Source: Patescibacteria group bacterium
GTDB lineage: Bacteria; Patescibacteriota; Patescibacteriia; Magasanikbacterales; GWA2-37-8
Length of the DNA stretch: 64,000 nucleotides
Assembly: GCA_041649475.1 (NCBI GenBank)
Contig: JBAZNA010000001.1
Span: 456,612 to 520,611 of the forward strand
Direction of reading: 5' to 3'
Shown here: positions 52,145 to 62,085 of the stretch, piece by piece
Layout of the letters: each line of letters opens with the position of its first letter
How positions within the stretch are numbered: the first letter of the stretch is position 1
The notes under the pieces: generated by a model
Seen by the model: only the letters and a program-made list of their open reading frames with translations
What the model was told of the DNA's origin: nothing
The model's database searches: none
Program-made: the position numbers and the translations under genes

Positions 52145-52478
52145 GTTCATGCACACTGTACGGCGTTACGCTTCTTTAACGAAGTAAACGCTGTCTGATA
52201 TACGCTGTGAGCTGTTGCGAGTGAAATCGCGATGACTCACAGCCTCCTACCAATTTATATTTTTATCTGTTATGCTATGTTGACAGCGAAAAGTATAAGC
52301 TGGTAGGAGGATGTCCTTTACAATCTAGGTTAGAGTAAAAAAGTAAGTTTAGAAAGTAAGAAAAATCCCGACCAAAGGGAAACTTTTGTGTCGGCGGAAA
52401 TATAGAAGTAGAAGTCCTGTCCACGTTCCGCTTTCGCGAGTGCGAGAGGGGACACTCAACGAGGTAAGGGAGGTAGCC

Positions 52479-55430
52479 ATGAAGCGACTGTCCGTGTTGT
52501 GTCTCTGTACCTTGGGGGTTCTCTGCAGCTTCGGCTGCATGAGCCCCCTCCCGAGCAGCACCGATAACGGGCTGCACAACCAGGCGAACGGCGCCGGTTG
52601 CGGCGACGACGCGCAGTGCATCTCCGGCTTCTGCCGGAACGGCGTCTGCTGCAGCACGGACTGCGGCGACGTGTGCGAGGCCTGCAACCTCGTGCCCGGC
52701 ACCTGCCAGCCCAAGCCGGCCGGCGCGCCCGACAAGGCGTGCCCGAGCGACGGCACCAATTGCGGCGGCAGCTGCAACGGCGCGCGGGTCTGCCAGTACC
52801 CGCAGGCGGGAACGTCGTGCACCAGCACGATCAACCCGCTCGCGATCCAGTGCGACGGCCTTGGTGCCTGCATCCAGCCGCCGTACTACCCGAACGGCCA
52901 TCCGTGCGACGAGACGGCGCCCGGCCAGTGCGCCAGCGGCAAGTGCGTCGATGGCACCTGTTGCGACAGCGACTGCACCCAGACCTGCTTCTCCTGCAAT
53001 AACCCCGAGGGTCACTGCAAGCCGCTTCCGGCCCAGGACAACTCGGATGGCGACTGCGTCACCGACGGCAGCCTCTGCGGCGGTTCCTGCAACGGCTGGA
53101 ACGCCTGCATGTACCCGCCGTCGGGTACCGTGTGCGACCTGCCCAACAGCTGGGCCAGCTCGTGCAACGGCGCCGGCGTCTGCGTGCCCAACACCCTGTT
53201 CCCCGACGGCACGGCTTGCACCGCGGATGCGCAGTGCCTCCACGGCAATTGCAAGGACGGCGTCTGCTGCAACACGGCTTGTGGTGGCGTGTGCGAGGCC
53301 TGCGACCAGATCGGTTCCGTGGGCACTTGCACGCCTTATCTGCCGAACACCGACCCCGAGAACGAGTGCACACCGGCTGGCCAGACCTGCAGCGGCACCA
53401 GCGCGTGCAGCTCCAACCCCCAGCCCCTGATCGACGGGGCAACCTGCTTCAGGAACGGCCCGTGGCCGGAGGGGGACTGCAAGTCCGGCTTCTGCGTGGA
53501 GGGCGTGTGCTGCGACGACGGCTGCAACGGCGCCTGCTTCACCTGCAAGCGTGCCGGCTACGTCGGCCACTGCATGCTCGCTCCGGAGGGAACCAACCCC
53601 AAGGGCGCGAGCGACGGTTGCATCGGCACCGATCCCAACAACTGCGGCGGCCTGTGCAACGCCGTCGGCGCCTGCCAGTACCCGGCGGCTACCACGCCGT
53701 GCACCCTTCCCACCACTCCGCTCGCGGCGTGCAATGGCGAGGGTCTCTGCGTGGACCAGCGCCAGGCCGACGGCTCGGCCTGTACCGGCGACATCCAGTG
53801 CATCTCCGGCCACTGCGTGGAGGGCATGTGCTGTGATTCGGTCTGTGGCGGGCTCTGCGTGGCCTGCACCAACGCCAAGACCGGAGCCGCCGACGGCACC
53901 TGTTGGCCGGTTCCTCAGAACACCGACCCGGACAGCGAGTGCGCCGGTACGGATCCCACCTGTGGTGGAACCTGCGATGGGGCTGGCTCCTGCCAGTTCC
54001 CGGCGCAGGGAGAGGCGTGTACCTCTCCGGTGGGGGAGATCTGCGACGGCGCGGGCAACTGCGTGGTCAACCCAGGTCTGCTCCTCGGCAGCTTCTGCAA
54101 CCTGCCGTCCGGCAGCGAGTGCGCGTCCGGCCACTGTGTGGACGGCGTGTGCTGCGACACGGCCTGCGACGGCGTGTGCGTGGCCTGCGACGTGCCGGGT
54201 CACCTCGGCATCTGTAGCAACGTACCGGCCGGCGAGGACGACCTCACCTGTCAGCCGCCCGATTCCTGCGACGGCGCCGGCGTCTGCAAGCCCCCCGTGG
54301 TCCTCAAGACCAACGGTGCTGTCTGCGGGCTCCCCAGCGAGTGCGCTTCCCAGCACTGCGTCGACGGTGTGTGCTGTGACACGGCCTGCGACGGCGTGTG
54401 CGTGGCCTGCATCGCGGTCATGACCGGTGGTACCACCGGCACCTGTGCCAGCATCACCGGCGGAACGGATCCGGACCTCGAGTGTGACGGTTCCAGCACC
54501 GCCGACGGCTGCGACGGCTCCTGCAGTGGGGCTGGCTCCTGCCAGTATCCGCTCCAGGCAACGTCGTGCGGCACCAACCTGATCTGCAACGGATCGGGTG
54601 ACTGCATCGCCGTGCCCCCCGAGGGCAACGGCGAGCCGTGCGGTTCGGCACTTCCGCCCTGCGCGTCCGGCCACTGTGTGGACGGCGTGTGCTGCGACAC
54701 CGACTGCCTCGGTCTCTGCATGGCATGCAACGTGCCAGGCAGGCTCGGCACCTGCTACGCGATTCCGGCCGGCACGGATCCTGCCAACGAGTGCACGGAT
54801 CCGCTCGCCGACTTCTGCGATGGTGTGGGTGCCTGCGTCGGCATGACGCCGCCGCAGTCCGACGCCGGAGTGCCGCCGCAGTCCGACGCGGCACCCCAGT
54901 CCGATGCCGCACCGCCCCAGAGCGACGCGGCACCCCAGTCCGATGCGGGCGTTCCCCAGTCCGATGCCGCACCGAGCGGTTGTATGAACGACACCCAGTG
55001 CGACGATAGCAACGCAACCACGGCGGACATGTGCAACTGCCCGGGGCCTCGCTCCGGTGGAATCTGCACAGCACCGGGTGTCTGCGTGCACACCACCAAC
55101 GGCTGCTGGCCCTTCGGGGTCAAGTTGCCGGCCGGTACTCCGGTCACCGTGGTGTCGTTCTGGCCGAAGACCGCTCCCTGGATCTCGCGCAACGTGACCA
55201 TCACGTCCAACGCGTTGGCCCAGGAGATCCTGTCCGCGGCCGGCGAGTGCTCGCACACTGAGGACTACCCCACGCTCTTTGCGACCTGCGAGGCCGACAC
55301 GTTCCCAGTCGGCGCGCCGACGGGCACCACGCGGATCTCCTACTTCGGAGACAACCGCGAGGTGAACTTCTGCACGCAGAACCTCGCCAACTGCGCCTGG
55401 GGTGGCGCACACGACGGCGTCTGCCACTAG
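52479..55430 (+). CDS. GC-rich Cys-rich repeat lipoprotein of myxobacterial type
   Basis: GGAGGT SD; lipobox SFGC; 8 repeats of C.SG.CVDGVCC...C.G.C.AC; QSDAAP repeats. Confidence 0.88.
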   Translation: MKRLSVLCLCTLGVLCSFGCMSPLPSSTDNGLHNQANGAGCGDDAQCISGFCRNGVCCSTDCGDVCEACNLVPGTCQPKPAGAPDKACPSDGTNCGGSCNGARVCQYPQAGTSCTSTINPLAIQCDGLGACIQPPYYPNGHPCDETAPGQCASGKCVDGTCCDSDCTQTCFSCNNPEGHCKPLPAQDNSDGDCVTDGSLCGGSCNGWNACMYPPSGTVCDLPNSWASSCNGAGVCVPNTLFPDGTACTADAQCLHGNCKDGVCCNTACGGVCEACDQIGSVGTCTPYLPNTDPENECTPAGQTCSGTSACSSNPQPLIDGATCFRNGPWPEGDCKSGFCVEGVCCDDGCNGACFTCKRAGYVGHCMLAPEGTNPKGASDGCIGTDPNNCGGLCNAVGACQYPAATTPCTLPTTPLAACNGEGLCVDQRQADGSACTGDIQCISGHCVEGMCCDSVCGGLCVACTNAKTGAADGTCWPVPQNTDPDSECAGTDPTCGGTCDGAGSCQFPAQGEACTSPVGEICDGAGNCVVNPGLLLGSFCNLPSGSECASGHCVDGVCCDTACDGVCVACDVPGHLGICSNVPAGEDDLTCQPPDSCDGAGVCKPPVVLKTNGAVCGLPSECASQHCVDGVCCDTACDGVCVACIAVMTGGTTGTCASITGGTDPDLECDGSSTADGCDGSCSGAGSCQYPLQATSCGTNLICNGSGDCIAVPPEGNGEPCGSALPPCASGHCVDGVCCDTDCLGLCMACNVPGRLGTCYAIPAGTDPANECTDPLADFCDGVGACVGMTPPQSDAGVPPQSDAAPQSDAAPPQSDAAPQSDAGVPQSDAAPSGCMNDTQCDDSNATTADMCNCPGPRSGGICTAPGVCVHTTNGCWPFGVKLPAGTPVTVVSFWPKTAPWISRNVTITSNALAQEILSAAGECSHTEDYPTLFATCEADTFPVGAPTGTTRISYFGDNREVNFCTQNLANCAWGGAHDGVCH

Positions 55431-55633
55431 TTGGCAGAACGCTTACTCTAACCTCGACGGACGCTTCGGCGACCGTCGTCACAATCAGTAACAGCAATTA
55501 ATAGTGCACCTTATTCAACAACCTCTCCGATTCCGGAGAGGTAAGGAGGAAACAGGGGAGCTGCTTCGGCCGCTCCCCACTCTCATTCTGTTTAGAACTT
55601 TAAAATTATAAATAGAATGAGAGGAGGATTACG

Positions 55634-56245
55634 ATGAACAAGTTCATGTGGGTCGCGCTTTGCGCGGCTTTGACCGGCTGTACCTTTGACAAGAGCGCCC
55701 TTGGCCCTTGGGCACAGGACGCTTTCCCTGACGCAGATTCCGCGCCAGACGTGTCTGTGCCCGACGGCGGTGTCCATGACACCCTGGGTCACGACACCGG
55801 TCGCGACACCATCGCGACCGACACCCTGCAGAGTGACACACTCCAGAGCGATGTGCTCCAGCAGGACACCCTGGTTCAACAGGACGTTCTGCCCCAGACC
55901 GACGCTCCGCCGTATGCCCAATGCACCGGTATGGAGATGGAGTTCTCCACCCAAAAACTGGCGCAGATCAGCGACTGTGAACAGTTCAAGGTGGATGGCC
56001 AGCACCCGGAGTTCACCCCGGTCACGGAAGTGATCATCATTCCGGGCGGTGTCTGTACAGTCATCTGTCACGACAAGGCCGGCGGCGGAAGAACCGTCCT
56101 GCCCGACAAGTGCCGGGGGTTGTGGAGCGCTCCATACACCTACGCTCCGTGGACCCAGACCGGTTGCAGGCAGTTGCCTGCCAACGTGGGTCAGACACCC
56201 GATCAGTCGGGTTGTGACTGGCTCCCGGATTGCACGGTCTTTTGA
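55634..56245 (+). CDS. GC-rich lipoprotein with Asp-rich pentapeptide repeats
   Basis: GAGGAGG SD; lipobox LTGC; DTLQS/DVLQQ repeats; C-terminal Cys domain. Confidence 0.8.
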   Translation: MNKFMWVALCAALTGCTFDKSALGPWAQDAFPDADSAPDVSVPDGGVHDTLGHDTGRDTIATDTLQSDTLQSDVLQQDTLVQQDVLPQTDAPPYAQCTGMEMEFSTQKLAQISDCEQFKVDGQHPEFTPVTEVIIIPGGVCTVICHDKAGGGRTVLPDKCRGLWSAPYTYAPWTQTGCRQLPANVGQTPDQSGCDWLPDCTVF

Positions 56246-56275
56246 CCCAGCCCACCAAGTTCAGCCCTCCCCGGG

Positions 56276-56326
56276 GGAAGAGGCGGCGAGTATTCTAGCC
56301 GTTCCAGCCGCCGCCTCTTCCTTTTT
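56276..56326 (+). terminator. Intrinsic terminator of GC-rich unit 2
   Basis: ggaagaggcggcg...cgccgcctcttcc followed by ttttt. Confidence 0.7.
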
Positions 56327-56455
56327 CCATTTTTGCTCGTCAATATCTGATGACTAAAAATGGCAGAGAAATTTGCCAACAAAAAATCCACCCTAATTGC
56401 CCGGCTTAACAATTCGTTGTTTCGCTAGGTAACTCTCTCTGGGTGGTTTTTTGTT

Positions 56456-57823
56456 TTAGACCTTTTTATACTCGCAAGCCCACACACCCCAAACCGCCCA
56501 CATCCACCAAATCACCGGCGTGTGATGCAACATGTTGTCCGACAAACTCAAGACCAGATAAACGATTATACTGGTAATAAAAACAATATTTTTCCAATTA
56601 TTTTTTATTCCGAATTTAACTTGTTCCCAAAGCAAGGCGGCAAAAATTAACAGATACAATCCAATGCCGATCAACCCGCCTTCAAAGGCAATTTTTAAAA
56701 AATCATTATGCGCTTCGGAAGTATTATCCCACAAATTTTGTATGCCTTTATTATTATCCCAAACCGTGGCAAAAGATCCGTAGCCATAACCAAGCACCAG
56801 CCGGTCTTTGATAAGCGGTAAGACCTTAGTGGCCACATCAATGCGCCAGGAGACCGAATCAGATTCTTCGTTTCTGGCCGTGAGTCGGGAAATAATGCCG
56901 TATGACTGCATGTTGTAGTTAAAATTATTTATCAAGAATGCGTTAAGCGGATAAAAAATCAGATAAAACAAACCCGCGCCAATAATCAAATACAATACCA
57001 ATTTTTTAAAATAGATTATGCCGACTACCAAAAGAAGCACGGCCGTGCCGATCCAGGCGATGCGGGTGTAAGTGAGAGCGATAATTAATAACAAAAATAT
57101 ACCAATCGCGTTTTCTAAAGACAATTTATTTTTAAAAATATTATGCTTTTCCGGGTATTCGTGCAGAAGAACTGTGAGGAGCAGTAGAGCAAAAGTTGCC
57201 ATTATATTCGGGTGGGCAAAGGTGCCGTAAATTCTGTTTCTGATGTCATCTATATTCATGCCGGTCTGGGAGATAAATTGGTAAACGCCCACGGCCAGGG
57301 GGATGATGGCGGCACAAATTAAACTTTTTATAAAATCTTTTTTAAATTTGACTCCATTTTTGCTGTATAAAATATAGGAAATGCCGAACAGGGCGAACAA
57401 GTTGGCCGCTTTCATGGTTTCGGTGATGGTGGCGGCGACATCATAACTGTAAACAAGCGTGATGGCGCACCAGGCCAAAAACAAAATCCAGGGAATAATC
57501 GCCGGAATTTGCTTGAGGTATGACCGGTGTTTCCAAAAGAAATAAGCGGACCAGATTAAAAGCAGGGTAGAGAGCGCGGCATTGATGTTGAAATTAAAAC
57601 TTTGATATGAAAACAGAGTGAAATCCCGCCAAATATCAATCGCCGGCCGGACTATCAAAAGCATCAGGATAAAATATTCGCCCAGTATTTTTTGAAAGAT
57701 TATAAAGATTATTACCAAAAAAACCAGGATGTCCAAACTGGTATAGGGATTAAAGATCGCGAAGACGGCTAAAATAACAACTAGTAATGCTGAAAAAGAG
57801 AAACGCTTGAGATAGGAAAGCAT
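56456..57823 (-). CDS. O-antigen ligase (WaaL/Wzy_C) family protein
   Basis: RIYGTFAHPN, TYTRIAWI, GYGYGSF, AHNDFLKIAFEGGLIG. Confidence 0.9.
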   Translation of the reverse strand: MLSYLKRFSFSALLVVILAVFAIFNPYTSLDILVFLVIIFIIFQKILGEYFILMLLIVRPAIDIWRDFTLFSYQSFNFNINAALSTLLLIWSAYFFWKHRSYLKQIPAIIPWILFLAWCAITLVYSYDVAATITETMKAANLFALFGISYILYSKNGVKFKKDFIKSLICAAIIPLAVGVYQFISQTGMNIDDIRNRIYGTFAHPNIMATFALLLLTVLLHEYPEKHNIFKNKLSLENAIGIFLLLIIALTYTRIAWIGTAVLLLVVGIIYFKKLVLYLIIGAGLFYLIFYPLNAFLINNFNYNMQSYGIISRLTARNEESDSVSWRIDVATKVLPLIKDRLVLGYGYGSFATVWDNNKGIQNLWDNTSEAHNDFLKIAFEGGLIGIGLYLLIFAALLWEQVKFGIKNNWKNIVFITSIIVYLVLSLSDNMLHHTPVIWWMWAVWGVWACEYKKV

Positions 57824-57891
57824 AAGTGGATGGTTTTATTGAGTATAGCACAATTTTGGAGTATAATAAAGTCAAATAACAATAAACCCAT

Positions 57892-58962
57892 ATGGTCAAA
57901 CTCCCAATTGATTGTGTTTTAGCTGTAACCTATAACTGCAACTCCAGATGTATCATGTGCGATATCTGGAAAATTCACGGCTTTCCCGAGTTGCCGCCGT
58001 CGGAATTTAAAAAACTACCCTCCAGCTTGCGGGACATAAACATCTCCGGCGGGGAGCCGTTTTTGCGTCCGGATTTGCCGGAAATAATCACCAATGTGGC
58101 CAAGGCCTGTCCCCAAGCCAGAATTATTATTTCCACCAATGCTTTTGCCACTGATTTGGTCGTCAGCCAAATGAAAAAGATTTTGCCGATTAAACCGGAT
58201 ATTGGCGTGGCCATTTCCGTTGACGGCATCGGAGAGATGCACAACCAAATGCGCGGCATTCCGGACGGCTTTAATAAGGTCATGAAAACTTTAACCGAAA
58301 TTAAAAAATTGGGCGTTAAAAATTTGCGGCTGGGTTTTACCATCACCGAAAAAAACGTCGCCCATCTGAAAAAAGTTTATGATTTGACCCGCGAACTGGG
58401 CGTGGAGTTCACCCATAGTTTTGCCCAGAGCTCCGAGTTTTATTTTGGCGGTAAGCAAAACACGGATTTTAAAGAAATCGGCGAGGAGTCCTTAACCGAA
58501 AATATGGCCTTGGGCACCGAAGACGAACATCACTTATCAAAAAATCTTAGAGATTTATTAGATGAAGAATATAAATATCTGATAAAGTCAGAACTCAAGA
58601 GTTGGAATCTTAAGCGCTGGGCCCGGGCCTATTTTGCCAGTGGCATGTTCAAATTCATAACCAGTCATAATCCGATTTTGTCCAACGCTCCGGGCCGGGA
58701 TTTTTTCTTTATGGATCCCAATGGAATTATTTATCCGTCGGTGGTGCATAACTTCAGAATGGGGGACTTAAGACAAATTGAAAATTTCGCGGAGTTTTGG
58801 GGTTCGGAGGCGGCCGAAAATGTCAGACAGCAAGTTACTGACAGCAAGATACCGGTTTGGATGATCTGCACAGCCAGAACGGCAATCAAAAAACATCCGT
58901 TTAAAGCGGCGTGGTGGTTGGTTGAAAATAAGTTTTTATGGCGCGCAAACGCAAACCAATAG
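57892..58962 (+). CDS. Radical SAM protein
   Basis: CNSRCIMC (CxxxCxxC), SGGEPF. Confidence 0.9.
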   Translation: MVKLPIDCVLAVTYNCNSRCIMCDIWKIHGFPELPPSEFKKLPSSLRDINISGGEPFLRPDLPEIITNVAKACPQARIIISTNAFATDLVVSQMKKILPIKPDIGVAISVDGIGEMHNQMRGIPDGFNKVMKTLTEIKKLGVKNLRLGFTITEKNVAHLKKVYDLTRELGVEFTHSFAQSSEFYFGGKQNTDFKEIGEESLTENMALGTEDEHHLSKNLRDLLDEEYKYLIKSELKSWNLKRWARAYFASGMFKFITSHNPILSNAPGRDFFFMDPNGIIYPSVVHNFRMGDLRQIENFAEFWGSEAAENVRQQVTDSKIPVWMICTARTAIKKHPFKAAWWLVENKFLWRANANQ

Positions 58963-60953
58963 GTAAGATAATATTTTACAGAGCCACAGTATCAGTATTT
59001 TTTGCCATCTTTATTGTGGTTTTTTTAGTTTGGCAAAAAGCGCACAGTTCGGCTCCGCTTCTGGCCAATTATTATCTGGGCACTTTGCCGACCGATGCTG
59101 ACAGTATAAAGAAATTATCAAAAAATGATTTGCTTATTTTGAGTCCGGAGCAGGCCATTGTCCGCAAAAACGTCATCAGCCAAATAAAAAAAGATAATCC
59201 GAATATCATTTTGTTGGCCTATGTGCCCAGCCAGAGCTACAACATGGCTTGGCAGCAATATCCGGCCAACACTTTGTTTGGCGATTTTCAGGTAAAAAAT
59301 AATTGGTGGCTGCGGGACGACGAGGGCAATGTCGTTTCCAATTGGCCGGGACTCAAAAATACCAACATGAGTTTGGAGTGGACTGATTATCTGGTCAATT
59401 TTGTCAAAACAAAGATTCTATCCGCCGGGGTCTGGGACGGAATTTTTTGGGATATGGTCAATGACGGCATTTCCGGAACCAACAAAGGTGATATTGATTT
59501 AAACGGCGACGGACAAAAAGACACTGCCCGTCTGGCCGATGTAGAGTGGGTAAACAGAATTGATTATTTGCTAGAGCGCAGTCAGGAGCTTAATGTTAAA
59601 TACATTATCATGAACGGCAGTTCCATACCCTCAATGCAGGAGTATGTAAATGGTCGGATGTATGAAAATTTTCCCACCCCATGGGAAAAGGGCGGATCCT
59701 GGAGCGGAATTATGAACGGCCTGGAAGTAAACCAGCAAAGTAATAAACAGCCGCTTATTTATGTGATCAACGCCAACACCGGCAACACCGGCAAAAGCGA
59801 CAACTATCGGAGAATGCGTTTTGGGTTGGCCAGCAGTTTAATGGTCAATAATGTTTATTTCAGCTTTGATCACGGCGACGAAAATCACGCGCAAATCTGG
59901 TGGTATGATGAGTATGACGTGAATTTGGGCGAGCCGATTGGCGAGGCGCAATCCGTGAGCGGCAGCGCCAATTTTACGGAAGATGTCTGGCGCCGCGACT
60001 ACACTAACGGCGTGGCCATAGTTAATGTCACCACCAAATCCCAAACAGTTGATCTGGGTGGGGAGTATGAAAAAATCACCGGCAAACAGGATCCGGCCGT
60101 CAACGACGGATCAATCACTAACGCCGTTACATTGGGCGCCAAAGATGGTTTGGTGATGCTTAAAACCTTTCAGACCTTACAGGGCGTGACTTATCCCAAC
60201 GGTTACTTTTTGAGTTTTTATGACATAAATGGCAATCGTGTCAGAAACGGCTTCTTTTCTTATGACGAGGAAGCGCAGGGCGCCGCCAAAATATTTGCCG
60301 GGGACTTAGACGGACAGGGCCGGGTGGAAAAAATCACCGCCGAAGGATTTAAGTTAAAAATTAATGACAGCAACGGCGGTATTTGGTATGAGGACTTTCC
60401 TTTTGGAGGAAACTATAAAGGCGCTTTGGATTTCGCGCCGGGCAAATTAAACGGCGCCACTGAAAATTCGCTGGTGGTTTCCGGTAACTCGGGCGGCAAG
60501 GTGCAGTTATACACTTATTACGGCGCGAACCTGATTGATAACGTTTATCCTTTGGGAAAAAAATATCAGGGCGGATTTTCGGCGGCAATCGGAAATGTTG
60601 ACGGCACCGGCAAAGGAAACATCGTTTTGGGCACGGGCACCGGCGTTCAGGCGCAAATTTTAATTTACGACAGCAACTTAAAGAAAGTTAAAAAAAGTTT
60701 CTATATTGAAAATAAAAATTATAAAAAAGGGATAAAAATAGCCGTTGGCGATATCAACGGCGACGGCAAAGATGAAGTGGTAGCGGTTTTAAGTTCTGCC
60801 AGCGGCTCGCTGGTGCGAACCTTTAATTTTACCGGTAAAAAATTATCTGAATTTAAAATTGCGCAGGGATTCGCGGGCGCGCAGGTGTCTGTTGGAGCTT
60901 TGGATGTAAATTTTGATGGCCGCGCCGAAGTTATTTTGATGAACGGGCAATAA
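58938..60953 (+). CDS. Putative glycoside hydrolase with C-terminal FG-GAP repeats
   Basis: WDGIFWD, VWRRDYTNG, GDLDG/GDINGDGKDE repeats. Confidence 0.75.
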   Translation: MARKRKPIGKIIFYRATVSVFFAIFIVVFLVWQKAHSSAPLLANYYLGTLPTDADSIKKLSKNDLLILSPEQAIVRKNVISQIKKDNPNIILLAYVPSQSYNMAWQQYPANTLFGDFQVKNNWWLRDDEGNVVSNWPGLKNTNMSLEWTDYLVNFVKTKILSAGVWDGIFWDMVNDGISGTNKGDIDLNGDGQKDTARLADVEWVNRIDYLLERSQELNVKYIIMNGSSIPSMQEYVNGRMYENFPTPWEKGGSWSGIMNGLEVNQQSNKQPLIYVINANTGNTGKSDNYRRMRFGLASSLMVNNVYFSFDHGDENHAQIWWYDEYDVNLGEPIGEAQSVSGSANFTEDVWRRDYTNGVAIVNVTTKSQTVDLGGEYEKITGKQDPAVNDGSITNAVTLGAKDGLVMLKTFQTLQGVTYPNGYFLSFYDINGNRVRNGFFSYDEEAQGAAKIFAGDLDGQGRVEKITAEGFKLKINDSNGGIWYEDFPFGGNYKGALDFAPGKLNGATENSLVVSGNSGGKVQLYTYYGANLIDNVYPLGKKYQGGFSAAIGNVDGTGKGNIVLGTGTGVQAQILIYDSNLKKVKKSFYIENKNYKKGIKIAVGDINGDGKDEVVAVLSSASGSLVRTFNFTGKKLSEFKIAQGFAGAQVSVGALDVNFDGRAEVILMNGQ

Positions 60954-61844
60954 TTATCTGCCGGTAATTAGACAAACTACTGGTCCGTCAAATTTCCAAT
61001 TATCACTAAGTGCTTGTGTTAATCCGACAACCGACAGTGCGCTATTAGGAGAAACAGAAATATTTTCTGTTTTTTTAATTAGTTTGATGGCGGTTTTTAG
61101 ATCATTGTCGCCGGCCACCCAGCCGCTTCCGTGTGATTCATTGACCGCTTTATCCACTTCGGCTTTGCGGAAGGCAATTTTATCCACAATCGCCGAGGCC
61201 AGGGAAGTGTTTATTGTCGCGGGTGTGTGAGTGCCTTTAACTTCGTCCACAATCGGATGGCAATGCGCGGTTTGCACGATATGAATTTGCGGTGAGATTT
61301 TTATTTTTTTAAATCCGTCATACAACCCCTGGGCAGTGGTGCCGCTCGAAGTGGGAATAAAGACCGCGTACAAGTTTTTTATTTTTCCAAGTTCTTCGGC
61401 CAGTTTTTCATAACCCGTTAAAGCGCTGTCGTCAGTGGACTGGCGCAAATTCTTGGCCAGATCTTTTTTATCCAGCTGAAAAGACGATTGTTTCGGATTT
61501 TGCACCTGTGTAACGGTTATCGTTTTTGTTTTGCCGGCTGTTTTTTTAATTAAATTTAATTTACGGGCGTCTATATGTTCGCCGACAAAAATTTTCAGCG
61601 TAAAATCATCGGCATTTTTTTTATTTAATTTTTTTATGGCGTATATGGCGGCCAAAGCGGCATTGCCGGATGAGGAAATACAAAAATTTCTCCAGCCCTC
61701 TTTTCGGTATTTATCCACCATCAGAGGTATGGATCTGCCCTTGTGCGAGCCGTAGGGGTGCAGGTCTTCGCGTTTTAAAAATAACTCGGTTTTGAGGCCG
61801 AGGGCCCTGGCCAGTTTCTTTGCTTTTAGTTGTGGAGTAATCAT
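60954..61844 (-). CDS. PLP-dependent fold-type II (threonine synthase-like) enzyme
   Basis: LKREDLHPYGSHKGR, SSSGNAA, PTSSGTT. Confidence 0.85.
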   Translation of the reverse strand: MITPQLKAKKLARALGLKTELFLKREDLHPYGSHKGRSIPLMVDKYRKEGWRNFCISSSGNAALAAIYAIKKLNKKNADDFTLKIFVGEHIDARKLNLIKKTAGKTKTITVTQVQNPKQSSFQLDKKDLAKNLRQSTDDSALTGYEKLAEELGKIKNLYAVFIPTSSGTTAQGLYDGFKKIKISPQIHIVQTAHCHPIVDEVKGTHTPATINTSLASAIVDKIAFRKAEVDKAVNESHGSGWVAGDNDLKTAIKLIKKTENISVSPNSALSVVGLTQALSDNWKFDGPVVCLITGR

Positions 61845-61917
61845 AGAAATTAAATCTTGCGTCCCAAACCGGAATATTGTATAATGTATTTTGCCTTAAC
61901 TATTAACTTATTTATTT

Positions 61918-62085
61918 ATGTCTAAACTTCTTTGTCCGGAGTGTAAAAATGAGGTTGATTTATCCAAATATCCGAATTTGGCTGTTGATAGCGTGGTTGA
62001 ATGCAATGTCTGCGGCATTACTCTGCTCGTTACTGAAAAGAACGGAGAACAGATTACAGCTGAAGTTGTGGATGAGGGCAAGTAA
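61918..62085 (+). CDS. LysW-like zinc-ribbon protein (55 aa, not in the ORF track)
   Basis: MSKLLCPECKNEVDL...VVECNVCGITLLV...EVVDEGK*. Confidence 0.75.
   Translation: MSKLLCPECKNEVDLSKYPNLAVDSVVECNVCGITLLVTEKNGEQITAEVVDEGK

Noticed and set aside
52275-55427. 1050-aa minus-strand ORF (also 45839..46939, 47979..49268, 50810..52156)
   Set aside because: Antisense shadows of GC3-rich genes; the plus-strand frames have the SD, signal peptides and coherent motifs
45700-56330. Chimeric assembly or contaminating contig as the explanation of the GC-rich block
   Set aside because: GC alternates gene by gene with AT-rich promoters and spacers, and the same class recurs at 12.7, 32 and 34-36 kb; read-level confirmation is still needed
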